A stretch of 64,000 bases of DNA, taken from positions 46,408 through 110,407 of the forward strand of contig JANNWY010000193.1 in assembly GCA_031409335.1 (NCBI GenBank). The letters run 5' to 3'. The notes under the pieces are model-generated. The model searched no databases. It was not told the origin of the DNA and saw nothing but the letters and a program-made list of their open reading frames with translations. Below, in pieces: positions 1-9,803 of the stretch (positions are counted from its first letter, which is position 1; each line of letters starts with the position of its first letter). The translations under genes and the position numbers were made by a program. This stretch comes from Chthoniobacteraceae bacterium. GTDB taxonomy: Bacteria > Verrucomicrobiota > Verrucomicrobiia > Chthoniobacterales > Chthoniobacteraceae.

Positions 1-801
1 AGCTACCTTTCCCCGCGCATGAAGGCGCGCATGAACGAACTCGGGATGCACGCCGCCGACCTCGCGGGCATCCCCGGCAGCGGCGCGGCGGGCCGCGTGA
101 CGATCGACGACTTTGAAAAATTCGTCGCCCGCCTCGACGAACACAAACTCAGCCCCGCCTCCTCCATGCGCGTCGCCGTCGCCGACGCCATGCGCCGCTC
201 GTGGACACGCCCGCTCGCGACCGTCGGCATGTCCGTCGTCCTCGATCCGATGCTCGCGCACCGCAAAGCCAGCGACCCCAAACCCGGCCCCGCGCTTTAC
301 GCCCTGCGCGCGCTCGCCCTCGCCCTCGCGGAAAACAGCGCCCCCGCCGGCCGCCTCATCGGCGACAAAATCGTGCATCCCAAAGCGATCGACATCGGCT
401 TCGCCGTGGAAGCCGCCGACGGCGTGCTCGTCCCCGTCCTCCGCTCTGCGGAACGCACCACGCTTTCCGAAATGGTCGTGCGCTACAACGAACTCGTCGA
501 ACTCGCCCGCCAGCGCCGGCTGCCCGCGACCGCGCAGGGCGGCTCGATCGCGACCGTGACGAACTTCGGCACCTTCGGCCTCGAATGGGCCACGCCGATT
601 CCGCTGCCCGAACAAACGATGGTGCTCGGTCTTGGGGCAGGCCGCGTTGTGCCGAGTTGGGATAAGGCGAAGCAGCAATTCCTGCCCGTCACCGAAGCGT
701 ATCTCACGCTCAGCTTCGACCACCGCGTCCTCGATGGCGGTGGCGCGGGCCGGTTGCTTCAGCGCATCTCCGCGCTGCTGCAAACGCCCGAGACGCTGTA
801 G
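1..801 (+). CDS. 2-oxoacid dehydrogenase E2 (dihydrolipoamide acyltransferase), 5'-truncated by the window edge
   Basis: E3-binding motif (GSGAAGRVTIDD) and catalytic-domain motifs TNFGTFG and LSFDHRVLDG. Confidence 0.9.
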   Translation, partial: SYLSPRMKARMNELGMHAADLAGIPGSGAAGRVTIDDFEKFVARLDEHKLSPASSMRVAVADAMRRSWTRPLATVGMSVVLDPMLAHRKASDPKPGPALYALRALALALAENSAPAGRLIGDKIVHPKAIDIGFAVEAADGVLVPVLRSAERTTLSEMVVRYNELVELARQRRLPATAQGGSIATVTNFGTFGLEWATPIPLPEQTMVLGLGAGRVVPSWDKAKQQFLPVTEAYLTLSFDHRVLDGGGAGRLLQRISALLQTPETL

Positions 802-817
802 CGCAGCGCCTCGGAAC

Positions 818-939
818 CCGGGTAGCACGCTCGTCCCGCCGAAACGAACTTTCATCACGCATCGCTGGTAAAACTGTGAACGAGTTCCGTGACGATGCGT
901 CAGGAAAGTCCGTCGAGGCGGGACGAGCGCGCTTCCCGG
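818..939. repeat. REP-like inverted repeat, family A (short variant)
   Basis: Arms 818-852 and 905-939 are imperfect reverse complements and match the arms at 34195-34359. Confidence 0.8.
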
Positions 940-3900
940 AGTTCCCGTTCGCGCAGCCATGCGAAAATGACCGGCGTCACAATGAGAATATGAAGGAGAC
1001 TTGAAACCATCCCGCCGATCACGGGCGCGGCGAGCGGCTTCATCACCTCCGAGCCGACGCGTGTGCTCCACATGATCGGGAGCAGGCTGGCGACGATCGT
1101 CGCCACGGTCATTACTTTTGGGCGAAGGCGAAGACGTGCGCCTTCCTTGATCGCGTCGAGTAAATCGGCGCGCGAAAAATTTTCGCCGCGCTCGCTGCGT
1201 TTGCGCGCGAGGGCTTCCTCGAGATACACGACCATTACCACTCCCGTCTGAATCGCCGTGCCGAAGAGCGCGATGTAGCCGAACCACACGGCGACGCTGA
1301 AATTGTAGCCGAGCAGGTATTGCAAGAACACGCCGCCGGTCAGCGCGAAGGGCACGGCGAGGATGACGTGCGCGGCTTCCTTCACGCTGCCATAGACGAG
1401 GTAGAGCAGCAGGAAAATGATCGCGAGCACGGCAGGCACGATGAGTTGCAGCGTGCGCTTGGCGCGGATTTGGTTTTCGTACTGGCCGCTCCATTCGATC
1501 GTCATGCCGTCGGGAAGTTTGACGTCGCGCGCGATTCGCTGGCGCGCTTCATCCACAAAGCCGCCGAGGTCGCGGCCCTGCACGTTCGCCTGCACGAAGA
1601 CCCGCAGCCGCCCGTTCTCGCTGGCGATTTCGCTCGGGCCGGTGTTGCGCGAAATCGAGGCAAGCTGGCCGAGCGGGATTTGTTTCCCCGCGGGCGTCGC
1701 CACGAGCACGTCACCGAGGCGTTCGATGTCGTCGCGCTCGTCGCGCGCGACCCGGACTTGGATGGGAAAACGCTGCCGTCCCTCAATGGTCGTCGTCACA
1801 TTTTTTCCGCCGAGTCCCGCTTCTACCACATCGAGAATCTGCTGCGCGCGCAGGCCGTAGCGCGCGGCGGATTCGCGGTTCACCGCGATTTCGAGATACG
1901 GCTTTCCCTGCACCCGTGAAGGCGCGACGCCGACCGCGCCGGGGATTTCGCGCACGATTTTTTCGATCTCGAACGCCTTCGCCTGCAACGCATCGAGATT
2001 CGCACCGAGCACCTTGATGCCGACCTGTGCGCGGATCCCGGTCGAGAGCATGAGGATGCGATTTTCGATCGGCTGGAGAAAGCCGGGCACGTAGCCGGGG
2101 ACTTGCGTGAGCTTTTGCGTCAGCTCGGCGATGAGCGCGCCCTTCGTCATGCCCGCGCGCCATTCGTGCTCCGGTTTGAGCATGATCGTCGTCTCGATCA
2201 TCTCGACCGGCGCGGGATCGGTGGGCGATTCCGCGCGTCCGAGTTTGCCCGCTGCGGAGAGCACTTCCGGCGTTTGGGAAATGGCGGTGTCCTGCCACGA
2301 CATGATGCGTTTCACCTCGGTGAGGCTGGTGCTCGGCAGCAGCACGGGCATAAAAAGCAGCGAGCCTTCGTTGAGCGGCGGCATGAATTCCCGGCCCATG
2401 CGTGGGATGAGCGCGAGCGCGCCGACGAGCATGAGCGCGGCGCAGGCGAGGACGGATTTGCGATGCGTGAGCGCCCAGTCGAGCGTGGGATTGTAAATCG
2501 CGAGCAGCCCGCGCATGACCCAGTTTTTTTCCTCGGAATGGAACGGGCCTTTGACCAGCAGCACGCAGAGCACGGGGACGATGGTGACCGCGAGCAGCGT
2601 GGAGCCGATCATCGCGAAGGTCTTCGTGAAGGCGAGGGGATGAAACAGTTTCCCTTCCTGGCCGGTGAGCGCGAACACTGGCACGAACGCGAGAATGATG
2701 ATCGCCATCGCGAAGAAGATCGGGCGGCCGACTTGCTTCGATGCGGCGAGGACCACATCGAATGTTTCACCACGGGTCAGCGCCGCGCCCTTTTTCCCCT
2801 CCGCCTCCTCGCAATGCCGGATCACATTTTCCGTCATCACGATCGCGGCATCGACGAGCACGCCAATGGCGATCGCGATGCCGCTCAGCGACATGATGTT
2901 CGACGTGATGCCGAACTGCCGCATGAGGATGAACGAGATGAGAATCGAGACCGGCAGCGGAAACGTGACGATGAGGATGCTGCGGAAATGGAACAGGAAA
3001 ACGATGTGCGCGAGCGTGACGAGGATGATCTCCTCGGTAAGCGCGTGCTTGAGCGTGGCAATGGTGCGGTCGATCAATTCGCTGCGGTCGTAGAACGATT
3101 TGATCGTGACACCCGGCGGCAGGCTCGGCGCGATTTGCGCGATTTTTTCCTTAATGCGAGCGATCACTTCGCGCGCGTTTTCACCGGTGCGCATCACCAC
3201 GATGCCACCGACGACTTCGCGCCCGTTCACATCCAGCGCGCCGCGGCGGAAGTCGCCGCCGATCTGCACGGTGGCGACATCGCGCAGGTAAATCGGCGTG
3301 CCTTCGCGCTCGGCGAGCACGGTCTTTTCGAGATCGGCGGTGGACTGAATGAGGCCGATCCCGCGCACCACGAATTCCATGCCGTTTTCCTCGATCACCT
3401 TGCCGCCGACGTTGAGGTTGCTCTGACCCACGGCTTCCATCACTTCCTGCAGCGACACTTTGGCCGCGCGCATTTTCATCGAAGAGACCTCAATCTGATA
3501 CTGCCGCACGAACCCCCCGACACTCGCGACCTCCGCGACGCCGGGCACCGCATTCAGTTGATAACGCACAAACCAATCCTGCACCGCGCGCAGTTCGCCG
3601 AGGTCGTGGCCCTGCTTCGCATCATCCACATCGAGGTAATACTGGAAGACCCATCCGAGCCCGGTCGCGTCCGGGCCGAGCTTCGCGGTGACGCCGGCGG
3701 GCAGGATGTCGCCGAGATAATTCAGTCGCTCGAGCACGCGCGTGCGGGCGAAGTAGTTGTCGATCTTGTCGTCGAAAATAATCGTGAGCAGCGAGAAGCC
3801 AAACATCGAATTCGCGCGCACCGTTTTCACTCCGGCGAGGCCCTGGAGATTTACGGAAAGCGGATACGTGATCTGATCCTCGACCTCCTGCGGACTGCGC

Positions 3901-4064
3901 CCCGCCCAGTCGGCGAAGACGATGACTTGGTTTTCGCTGAGGTCGGGGATGGCGTCGATCGGCGTGCGGCGCAGCTCGAAGATGCCGAGCGCAATGATGA
4001 AGAGCGTGGCGCACGCGACGAGGAAACGGTTTCGCAGCGACCACTCGATGAGGCGCGGGATCAT
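900..4064 (-). CDS. cusA: CusA/CzcA family heavy-metal efflux RND permease
   Basis: Starts [14 protein letters not shown] with an ATGA overlap to the upstream gene; [31 protein letters not shown] and RLRPKVMT motifs; about 1,054 aa. Confidence 0.93.
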   Translation of the reverse strand: MIPRLIEWSLRNRFLVACATLFIIALGIFELRRTPIDAIPDLSENQVIVFADWAGRSPQEVEDQITYPLSVNLQGLAGVKTVRANSMFGFSLLTIIFDDKIDNYFARTRVLERLNYLGDILPAGVTAKLGPDATGLGWVFQYYLDVDDAKQGHDLGELRAVQDWFVRYQLNAVPGVAEVASVGGFVRQYQIEVSSMKMRAAKVSLQEVMEAVGQSNLNVGGKVIEENGMEFVVRGIGLIQSTADLEKTVLAEREGTPIYLRDVATVQIGGDFRRGALDVNGREVVGGIVVMRTGENAREVIARIKEKIAQIAPSLPPGVTIKSFYDRSELIDRTIATLKHALTEEIILVTLAHIVFLFHFRSILIVTFPLPVSILISFILMRQFGITSNIMSLSGIAIAIGVLVDAAIVMTENVIRHCEEAEGKKGAALTRGETFDVVLAASKQVGRPIFFAMAIIILAFVPVFALTGQEGKLFHPLAFTKTFAMIGSTLLAVTIVPVLCVLLVKGPFHSEEKNWVMRGLLAIYNPTLDWALTHRKSVLACAALMLVGALALIPRMGREFMPPLNEGSLLFMPVLLPSTSLTEVKRIMSWQDTAISQTPEVLSAAGKLGRAESPTDPAPVEMIETTIMLKPEHEWRAGMTKGALIAELTQKLTQVPGYVPGFLQPIENRILMLSTGIRAQVGIKVLGANLDALQAKAFEIEKIVREIPGAVGVAPSRVQGKPYLEIAVNRESAARYGLRAQQILDVVEAGLGGKNVTTTIEGRQRFPIQVRVARDERDDIERLGDVLVATPAGKQIPLGQLASISRNTGPSEIASENGRLRVFVQANVQGRDLGGFVDEARQRIARDVKLPDGMTIEWSGQYENQIRAKRTLQLIVPAVLAIIFLLLYLVYGSVKEAAHVILAVPFALTGGVFLQYLLGYNFSVAVWFGYIALFGTAIQTGVVMVVYLEEALARKRSERGENFSRADLLDAIKEGARLRLRPKVMTVATIVASLLPIMWSTRVGSEVMKPLAAPVIGGMVSSLLHILIVTPVIFAWLRERELREARSSRLDGLS

Positions 4065-5752
4065 GGCTTCACCTCGCCGCCGCATTCGAGCATTTCGCGG
4101 CCAAAGTACGGATTGCGGATGGGCGCGGAGAGTTGCATCCATGCGGCTTTGGCGGGCGCGCCGGGGAAGGAGTCGGCGGTCATCGGGCAGCGGTAGATTT
4201 TCACCGTGGCGAATGCCGGATCGCGCGCGCGCAACTGCGCGACCCACGGGACCAGCGCATCGCCGAGCGGCTGGAATGCCTTGCGCGCCATCGGCAGGTC
4301 GGGCGCTTCCCGCAGGTCGAGAGTGCTCGCGACTGCCGGCACTTCGTCGCCGAAAACGGCGGTGAGCCGCGCGCGATTCTCCGCCGCAGTCTTCGCGAGT
4401 TGATTGAAACCGGCGAGGTCATCCGCGGCGAGCCGTTGCGCCAGCGCGTCGGCGAAAACGAAAAATTCCCGCACGGCTTCGCGCTGCGTGTCGGTGAGAT
4501 CGGATGTCATTGTCCGCGCGGGCGCCACGGATTCCCCACCCCGATTGAGCTGCGCCTGCGCATCGATCAGCAGGTTGCCATTGGTCACGACGTTCTCGCC
4601 TTCCGCCAAGCCGCTCGCGACCTCGTAAAAGTCGTCACCCACACGCCCGAGCTTCACTTCGCGCGGTTCGTACACACCCTCCGCTTTCACCACATACACT
4701 AGCGGATTCGCGCCGGTAGCGAGGACCGCGGATCGTGGCACGGTCAGCGTTTCCGGCGTTTCGACGCGGATCACGCCGTTGGCGTAAACGCGATGCAGCA
4801 GCTCGTGACGATGCCTCGCGGGGTCGCCGACGTGCGGGTTGTCGATGACCACGCGGATGCGCGCGGTGCGCGTGTCCATCATCACGTTCGGATCGATGAA
4901 TTCGATCGGCGCGGTGTAGGTTTTTCCTGGCACGGTGGGCGTCGAAATCTCGACCGTCTGGCCGATCTTGATCCACGCGAGATCGCGCTCGTACACGTCA
5001 CCGACGAACCACATTTTCGCGAAGTCCGCGATCTCGAAGAGCACGTCGCCCTCCTTCACATACTGGCCTTCATAGACCTTGCGCTCGACGACGGTGCCCG
5101 ACTTGGGCGCGAGCAATTCGATGTTGTCGCCGGTTTGCTCGGGGAGCTTCTCGATCTGCGCGAGCGTGAGGCCCATGCGGCGCAGTTTTTGGCGGCTGCC
5201 AGCGAGGCCGGCTTCGCGTTCGGGTGAGGGCGGCTGCTTCAGCGCGAGCAGGTATTCCCCGCGGGCGACGATCAGTTCGCGGCTGAAAAAGGAGACGAGC
5301 GGCTGGCCCTCGGTCACTTCCGCGCCGACGGAAGGCACGAACAGTTTTTCGATGCGGCCCTCGACCGTGGCAGACAGTCGGCGATGCGCGGAATCGTCGT
5401 CGTCGATCTGTCCAGCGACGTGCAGCGAACGGCGCAACGGCTCGCGCTTCACGGGCGCGGTCGCGACGTGGAGCACGTTGATGCTTTGCGCGCTGAGCGT
5501 GACGAGATTTCCGGCAGCGGGCTCCGCCGCCGCACCTTCGTACACCGGCACGAGTTTCATGCCGCAGATGGTGCAGTCGCCCGGTTTGTCGGATTTTATC
5601 CACGGGTGCATCGGGCTTTGGTAAAATAGGACACGCCGCTCGGCAGAGGGCGTGGAATCAGGCTTTGCGGGCAGTGTGCGCGCGGCGATCCAGCCGGCGG
5701 TGGCGGCGGCGGCGACGAGGAGAATGGTGCGGATGGAGTTTGGAAAAGACAT
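4061..5752 (-). CDS. cusB: CusB-type RND periplasmic adaptor with N-terminal heavy-metal-binding domain and DUF3347-like C-terminus
   Basis: [24 protein letters not shown] metal-binding motif, MFP core, C-terminal YRCPM...[14 protein letters not shown]. Confidence 0.9.
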   Translation of the reverse strand: MSFPNSIRTILLVAAAATAGWIAARTLPAKPDSTPSAERRVLFYQSPMHPWIKSDKPGDCTICGMKLVPVYEGAAAEPAAGNLVTLSAQSINVLHVATAPVKREPLRRSLHVAGQIDDDDSAHRRLSATVEGRIEKLFVPSVGAEVTEGQPLVSFFSRELIVARGEYLLALKQPPSPEREAGLAGSRQKLRRMGLTLAQIEKLPEQTGDNIELLAPKSGTVVERKVYEGQYVKEGDVLFEIADFAKMWFVGDVYERDLAWIKIGQTVEISTPTVPGKTYTAPIEFIDPNVMMDTRTARIRVVIDNPHVGDPARHRHELLHRVYANGVIRVETPETLTVPRSAVLATGANPLVYVVKAEGVYEPREVKLGRVGDDFYEVASGLAEGENVVTNGNLLIDAQAQLNRGGESVAPARTMTSDLTDTQREAVREFFVFADALAQRLAADDLAGFNQLAKTAAENRARLTAVFGDEVPAVASTLDLREAPDLPMARKAFQPLGDALVPWVAQLRARDPAFATVKIYRCPMTADSFPGAPAKAAWMQLSAPIRNPYFGREMLECGGEVKP

Positions 5753-5844
5753 GGCATTGGAGAGTTGAAGTGGAGCCGCGTTCCGATGGAGCGCGGCATG
5801 TTTGTGTGCCCGGACGCGGGCACACCACGGGCGTCAAGCCCCTC

Positions 5845-6174
5845 TCAAATGAGCCGGATGCAGGTCACGTCCAGGCGAGGCTGGACGGGCAGACGCGCGC
5901 GCGTGCGCTGCTGCGTGGACGCTGGCGGAACGACGAATTTCGGCTGCGCACCGAGGCAGACGAGGACGGGGACGACGGCTTGTTTCAAGTCCACCGAGCC
6001 GGTCGCTGCTGGCGGTGTTTCATCGGTTGGGGCGTTTCCTTTCGCGCAGCAATCCGCGGAGGGATCGGCGCAGCAGTGGCCGCACTCCGTTTCCCCGCAA
6101 GCGGGCGCGCAGCAGACCGGGCCGGTGGCAAGACCGGAGCAGAGCAGAAGCAGCAGGAGCAGGCGGAGAAACAT
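5845..6174 (-). CDS. small Cys-rich exported hypothetical protein at the head of the cus operon
   Basis: Hydrophobic N-terminus followed by CCAPAC-ECGHCC-DCC; same strand as and directly upstream of cusB. Confidence 0.55.
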   Translation of the reverse strand: MFLRLLLLLLLCSGLATGPVCCAPACGETECGHCCADPSADCCAKGNAPTDETPPAATGSVDLKQAVVPVLVCLGAQPKFVVPPASTQQRTRARLPVQPRLDVTCIRLI

Positions 6175-6239
6175 CGGTGTAAAAGATTTCAGCAAAGACC
6201 AAGCTGGGTCAATGGGCGTTCAAAGGTGCTTTCGCGCTA

Positions 6240-6338
6240 AGCGCTCTCGGACTGCGGCGATTCCTTCGCCGCCTTTTTTCCGTTGCGCGGACGTTATCCC
6301 GAAAGCGGCAAAGGAATTGCCGCAGTCCAAGGGCGCTT
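6240..6338. repeat. REP-like inverted repeat, family B
   Basis: GGACTGCGGCGATTCCTTCGCCGC...GCGGCAAAGGAATTGCCGCAGTCC; near-identical element at 46302-46412. Confidence 0.8.
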
Positions 6339-6536
6339 AGCGCGGCTCCGTCTCGCGCGTCCACTCGGTCCGCTGTTTTAGGAGGTAAAGCATCTCACTG
6401 GCCATAGTCATCCACCCAGACTGCCGCGGGATCGCGACAACCGATGCGGCGGATATCGCGTTGCGGAAGGAAAATTGCAGCCGTTCGTAGTCGGCGGAAT
6501 TCGACTATCGCGGAGAACCGATTCCCAAAGACTAGG

Positions 6537-6586
6537 GATGGTGCGCGGTACAGGGTTCGAACCTGTGACCCCTACCGTGTCAAGGT
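6537..6586 (-). repeat. att site: duplicated 3' part of tRNA-Val(GAC)
   Basis: 50-bp exact match to 14931-14980. Confidence 0.97.
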
Positions 6587-6592
6587 GAGGGG

Positions 6593-7498
6593 TTACACTG
6601 TAGCCGCGTCTTCGTTGCCGTTTCGTTGCCGTTTTTCCCGCGCCCACTTCCGCTTCCGGGAGCGAATTGGCGGCTTCGATTCTGCCGATACGGCCTTCGC
6701 GCCGACGATCGCGGAAACACGGCCCTCGTTCTCAATCGGGATGTGAAAGCGAGTCCCGGCAACGTCCACTGTCAGCTCGCGCCTCCACACAACCGCCGAT
6801 GTGGCGAACCCGCGCGCTTGTTCCTCGCCCTGCTTGAGCGTGATGACACCGCAAAGGGGATTCCAAAGCCGATAATGCAATTGCGTGGCCGTGGCCGATT
6901 CATCGTCGCTCCATGCGGGATTGTCTTTCGCCGCAAACGCCGCATTGCCGCGCATCCCGGCCCGCAGCGCTCCCATCACAACGTCGGACGTTTTAGTTTG
7001 TGCCGTGGCATTGCGCAGTAGCGCCGCCGTCGTCTCCTCAATCCCGAACTCGGCGCGCATCTCCTCGATCCATTGCGAGAGGACGCACACGAACGCCCTC
7101 AGCTTCGCAGGAGTCTTTTTCGTTTCTGAGCTATTCTCTCGGGACGCCCTGAGCATGAAGATGATCGCATCGGAGGCGCGTTTCTCGATGTGCTCGAATT
7201 CCCCATCGCTGTATTCCATCGCCTGCCACGCCTCCCACGTCTCCGACGTGTAGGGCTCGCCATTAAGTGCAACTGGCACGCCATCGGGCTTGAGTAGTGA
7301 GGCCGGGTCAACGCCAGTAAATGCCGCGATGCGGTTTGCCAGCTCTGCCGACATCAGTGACAGATACCCTCTGCTTTCGATGCTTTGGACTGTAGGACAT
7401 GAGCATCCAACCAGAGCGGCGAACCCTTGCTGCGTTAGTCCCGTGGCCTTACGCAAGGCTTTGAAGGCTAGCTTTAGATGGGGATTGGTCACAGGCAT
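6593..7498 (-). CDS. XRE-family helix-turn-helix repressor with long C-terminal region
   Basis: N-terminal FKALRKATGLTQQGFAALVGCSCPTVQSIES is HTH_3-like; divergent from the xis-like gene. Confidence 0.8.
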   Translation of the reverse strand: MPVTNPHLKLAFKALRKATGLTQQGFAALVGCSCPTVQSIESRGYLSLMSAELANRIAAFTGVDPASLLKPDGVPVALNGEPYTSETWEAWQAMEYSDGEFEHIEKRASDAIIFMLRASRENSSETKKTPAKLRAFVCVLSQWIEEMRAEFGIEETTAALLRNATAQTKTSDVVMGALRAGMRGNAAFAAKDNPAWSDDESATATQLHYRLWNPLCGVITLKQGEEQARGFATSAVVWRRELTVDVAGTRFHIPIENEGRVSAIVGAKAVSAESKPPIRSRKRKWAREKRQRNGNEDAATV

Positions 7499-7499
7499 G

Positions 7500-7516
7500 A
7501 CTTGTATAATACAAGT
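7500..7516. promoter_or_regulatory. operator-like palindrome in the repressor/xis divergent promoter
   Basis: Perfect dyad ACTTGTAT-A-ATACAAGT containing TATAAT on + and TATTAT on -. Confidence 0.7.
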
Positions 7517-7579
7517 TTAGTTAGTCACCACAATAACATTCTCGTTGTGATTACTTACAATGCGCGCCCATTAGTCGTC

Positions 7580-7768
7580 ATGCCAACTAAACAATACAGC
7601 AACATCGAGCAGCTATCCGAGAAGACCGGCATAGCGAAACGCACTATTCGTTCCCTCTATCAGCAGCGCAAAATCAGCGGGATAAAAGCCGGGCACCGCA
7701 CCCTGCTCTTCGATGCGGAAAAGGTCTGCGCCGAACTCGCAAGGTTCGAGGTAAAGGCCGTCCAGTAA
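7580..7768 (+). CDS. excisionase/AlpA-like HTH protein
   Basis: 62 aa, SNIEQLSEKTGIAKRTIRSLYQQRKISGIKAGHRTLLFD is HTH_17-like; first gene of the rightward operon. Confidence 0.8.
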   Translation: MPTKQYSNIEQLSEKTGIAKRTIRSLYQQRKISGIKAGHRTLLFDAEKVCAELARFEVKAVQ

Positions 7769-7968
7769 TGCGCGCCATAATTAAACCCGTCATCCCAAAG
7801 ATTGCCCACGAGCGCGGATACGTGCCAGTAACCGTCCCTTACCGCCCAAATGAGCGGGACGCCCTACGCAGGGCATTGGAAGGCATGAAGGGCGTGCGTT
7901 ACCTCTGCGTCGAGTCAACCAAAGGCCGGGGAATCTCCATTTGGCGTTTAGCCAGTGAAGTGAAGTAA
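7768..7968 (+). CDS. hypothetical protein (satellite)
   Basis: TAATG stop/start coupling with the xis-like gene. Confidence 0.6.
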   Translation: MRAIIKPVIPKIAHERGYVPVTVPYRPNERDALRRALEGMKGVRYLCVESTKGRGISIWRLASEVK

Positions 7969-8014
7969 CCGCAGAACAGAAAGCCGCTTCGCATCTATCA
8001 CGGATTTTTAAGTC

Positions 8015-8851
8015 ATGAATTACACAAAACTTTTCGCATCCATCATCACGTCAACCATCTGGACGGAAGATGACACGACGCGAATCGTGTGGATCACAAT
8101 GCTCGCCAGCGCCAGTAAGGATGGGGAGGTAATGGCGAGCGTCCCGGGACTGGCACGGATAGCCGGGGTATCAATGCAAGCGTGCGAGGCCGCACTGAAT
8201 AAATTCCTATCGCCGGACCCACACTCAAGAACGAAAGACGATGAGGGTCGAAGGATCGAGGTAATTGACGGCGGTTGGCAACTGCTGAATCACAAGAAAT
8301 ACCGCGAGATGGCCAGCAAGGAGGAATCCAGAGAGGCGGAAGCGAATCGCAAAGCTCGCTACAGGGCGAAGCTAGCCAGAAACGGAAAGTCCGGGATGTC
8401 CCACAATGTCCCGGACATGTCACATGAAGTCCCAAAAAACCGGCACATAGCAGAAGAAGATACAGAAGAAAAAGCAGCAGCAGCAGCGATCGACCTTTTC
8501 TCCGATCCCGAAAGCCCCAGCTCGGAAAACGACTTCGTGCAATCATGGAACGCACTCCCAGAGCCGTTCGCCAAAATCCAAGAAATGACCGAAGATATGG
8601 GAACTAAACTCAAGGCGAGGATGGCAGATAGGTTCTGGCGTGAGAATTGGCGAACAGCCGTGAAACAAATCCCGCAAAGTCCGTTCATGCGAGGGGAGGG
8701 CGAAAATGGATGGGTTGCAAGCGCGGACTGGTTTCTTAAACCCGATTCCGTGGATAAAAGCATTGAGGGTAAATACCGCAACGGCGCAGGACGATCAAAA
8801 GCCCGCCCCAAGCCACTGCCAAGCGCAGCGGACGCCAGAAAGGGGCGGTAA
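8015..8851 (+). CDS. phage-type replication initiation protein
   Basis: N-terminal YTKLFASIITSTIW wHTH-like region, central low-complexity linker with DNA repeats, C-terminal FMRGEGENGWVASADWFLKP...IEGKY typical of phage replication proteins. Confidence 0.72.
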   Translation: MNYTKLFASIITSTIWTEDDTTRIVWITMLASASKDGEVMASVPGLARIAGVSMQACEAALNKFLSPDPHSRTKDDEGRRIEVIDGGWQLLNHKKYREMASKEESREAEANRKARYRAKLARNGKSGMSHNVPDMSHEVPKNRHIAEEDTEEKAAAAAIDLFSDPESPSSENDFVQSWNALPEPFAKIQEMTEDMGTKLKARMADRFWRENWRTAVKQIPQSPFMRGEGENGWVASADWFLKPDSVDKSIEGKYRNGAGRSKARPKPLPSAADARKGR

Positions 8852-9135
8852 TGAAAAGAGCCATGCCCCGACCCACTAAAAAGCAGCTTGCTGAGTTATT
8901 GGATGAGCCCACCCACGAAGGCGTCACGTTACGCCAGCGACTTGAGCAAACGGAAGCCATCCTGAACGCGACTGACTCACGCGGAAGGCTGTGCGTCACG
9001 CGCTCTCAAATCTCCACTTTGCTCATCGGCCTTCGATCCTACGCCGGGAGGCATCCACTGTCAGACGCGATGATTGCGAGGCTAAAAGCCACCAATGGCC
9101 TAGCAGCCAGTCACTTAGTTCAAAGAAGATACTGA
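8851..9135 (+). CDS. hypothetical protein (satellite)
   Basis: TAATG coupling to rep; 94 aa. Confidence 0.55.
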   Translation: MKRAMPRPTKKQLAELLDEPTHEGVTLRQRLEQTEAILNATDSRGRLCVTRSQISTLLIGLRSYAGRHPLSDAMIARLKATNGLAASHLVQRRY

Positions 9136-9219
9136 CATATATGTAAGCCGCTCCTGCCGTTACGGTTATTCTCCCGGCGGGAGAAATTCCATTCACTCAC
9201 GAACTCATCACCCACTACC

Positions 9220-9576
9220 ATGAAAAAAAGCAGACTCGATCAAATCGTCGGTCCCGAACACTTAACCGAAGACCAAGCGCGGGCGGTAGGTAATGCCGTC
9301 GTCCGCTTCTTCTATGCTGAATACGAAGCATTCGGACCACGCATCAAAGCCGCTGCCACCGCGCAAGATCGCGATGCGATGGCCGCTCTTCGCTTAGAGG
9401 CAAAGGGGAACACGGCTTACCTTTGCAACTGGAATGCCAGAACTAAAGCGAAGTCGGAAAAGCTGGAACTCCTCGAAAAGTATTGGGGCGACACCGCCGA
9501 TAGCTTGACCGAAGCACTTACGCGAGACTTACCACCAAAGGAAGATTCTGAGGGCGGGGAATGGAAGCAATACTAA
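9220..9576 (+). CDS. hypothetical protein (satellite)
   Basis: 118-aa ORF in operon orientation with an A/C-rich upstream region. Confidence 0.6.
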   Translation: MKKSRLDQIVGPEHLTEDQARAVGNAVVRFFYAEYEAFGPRIKAAATAQDRDAMAALRLEAKGNTAYLCNWNARTKAKSEKLELLEKYWGDTADSLTEALTRDLPPKEDSEGGEWKQY

Positions 9577-9606
9577 CTTGACAAGTTAAAAGCTCTGCCA
9601 TTTACT
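9574..9606 (+). promoter_or_regulatory. sigma70-type promoter of the capsid/terminase operon with overlapping palindrome
   Basis: TTGACA (9578-9583), 17-bp spacer, TTTACT (9601-9606); the -35 lies inside the perfect dyad TAACTTG-A-CAAGTTA (9574-9588). Confidence 0.7.
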
Positions 9607-9803
9607 CGCATTCAGACAGACGAACCTTCCGTGCCTTATGGGTGCCGTTGGTTTGAAAGTTCGGCAAGCCTCACGCTCGTTGCGCATTCGCGCTGCCAGC
9701 CGCGCCAAAGAGGCAGAAAAGTGCGGCGGCTCTCTCATCCCGGTAGCGGACTACCGGGCACCCTTTCTTGCTCCCGCAAATCAAGCTCCTACTGAGTAAA
9801 TTC

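Noticed and set aside
2103..4196. Long antisense ORFs (also 40238-42601, 53841-55754, 58318-60291 and others)
   Set aside because: Shadow frames of GC-rich genes on the opposite strand, with no motifs
6537..6586. Second tRNA-Val gene
   Set aside because: Only the 3' part is present; there is no D-arm or 5' acceptor strand, so it is the att duplication
9135..9185. Short palindromes ACATATATGT and TTCTCCC-GGC-GGGAGAA
   Set aside because: Too short to assign a function without comparative data
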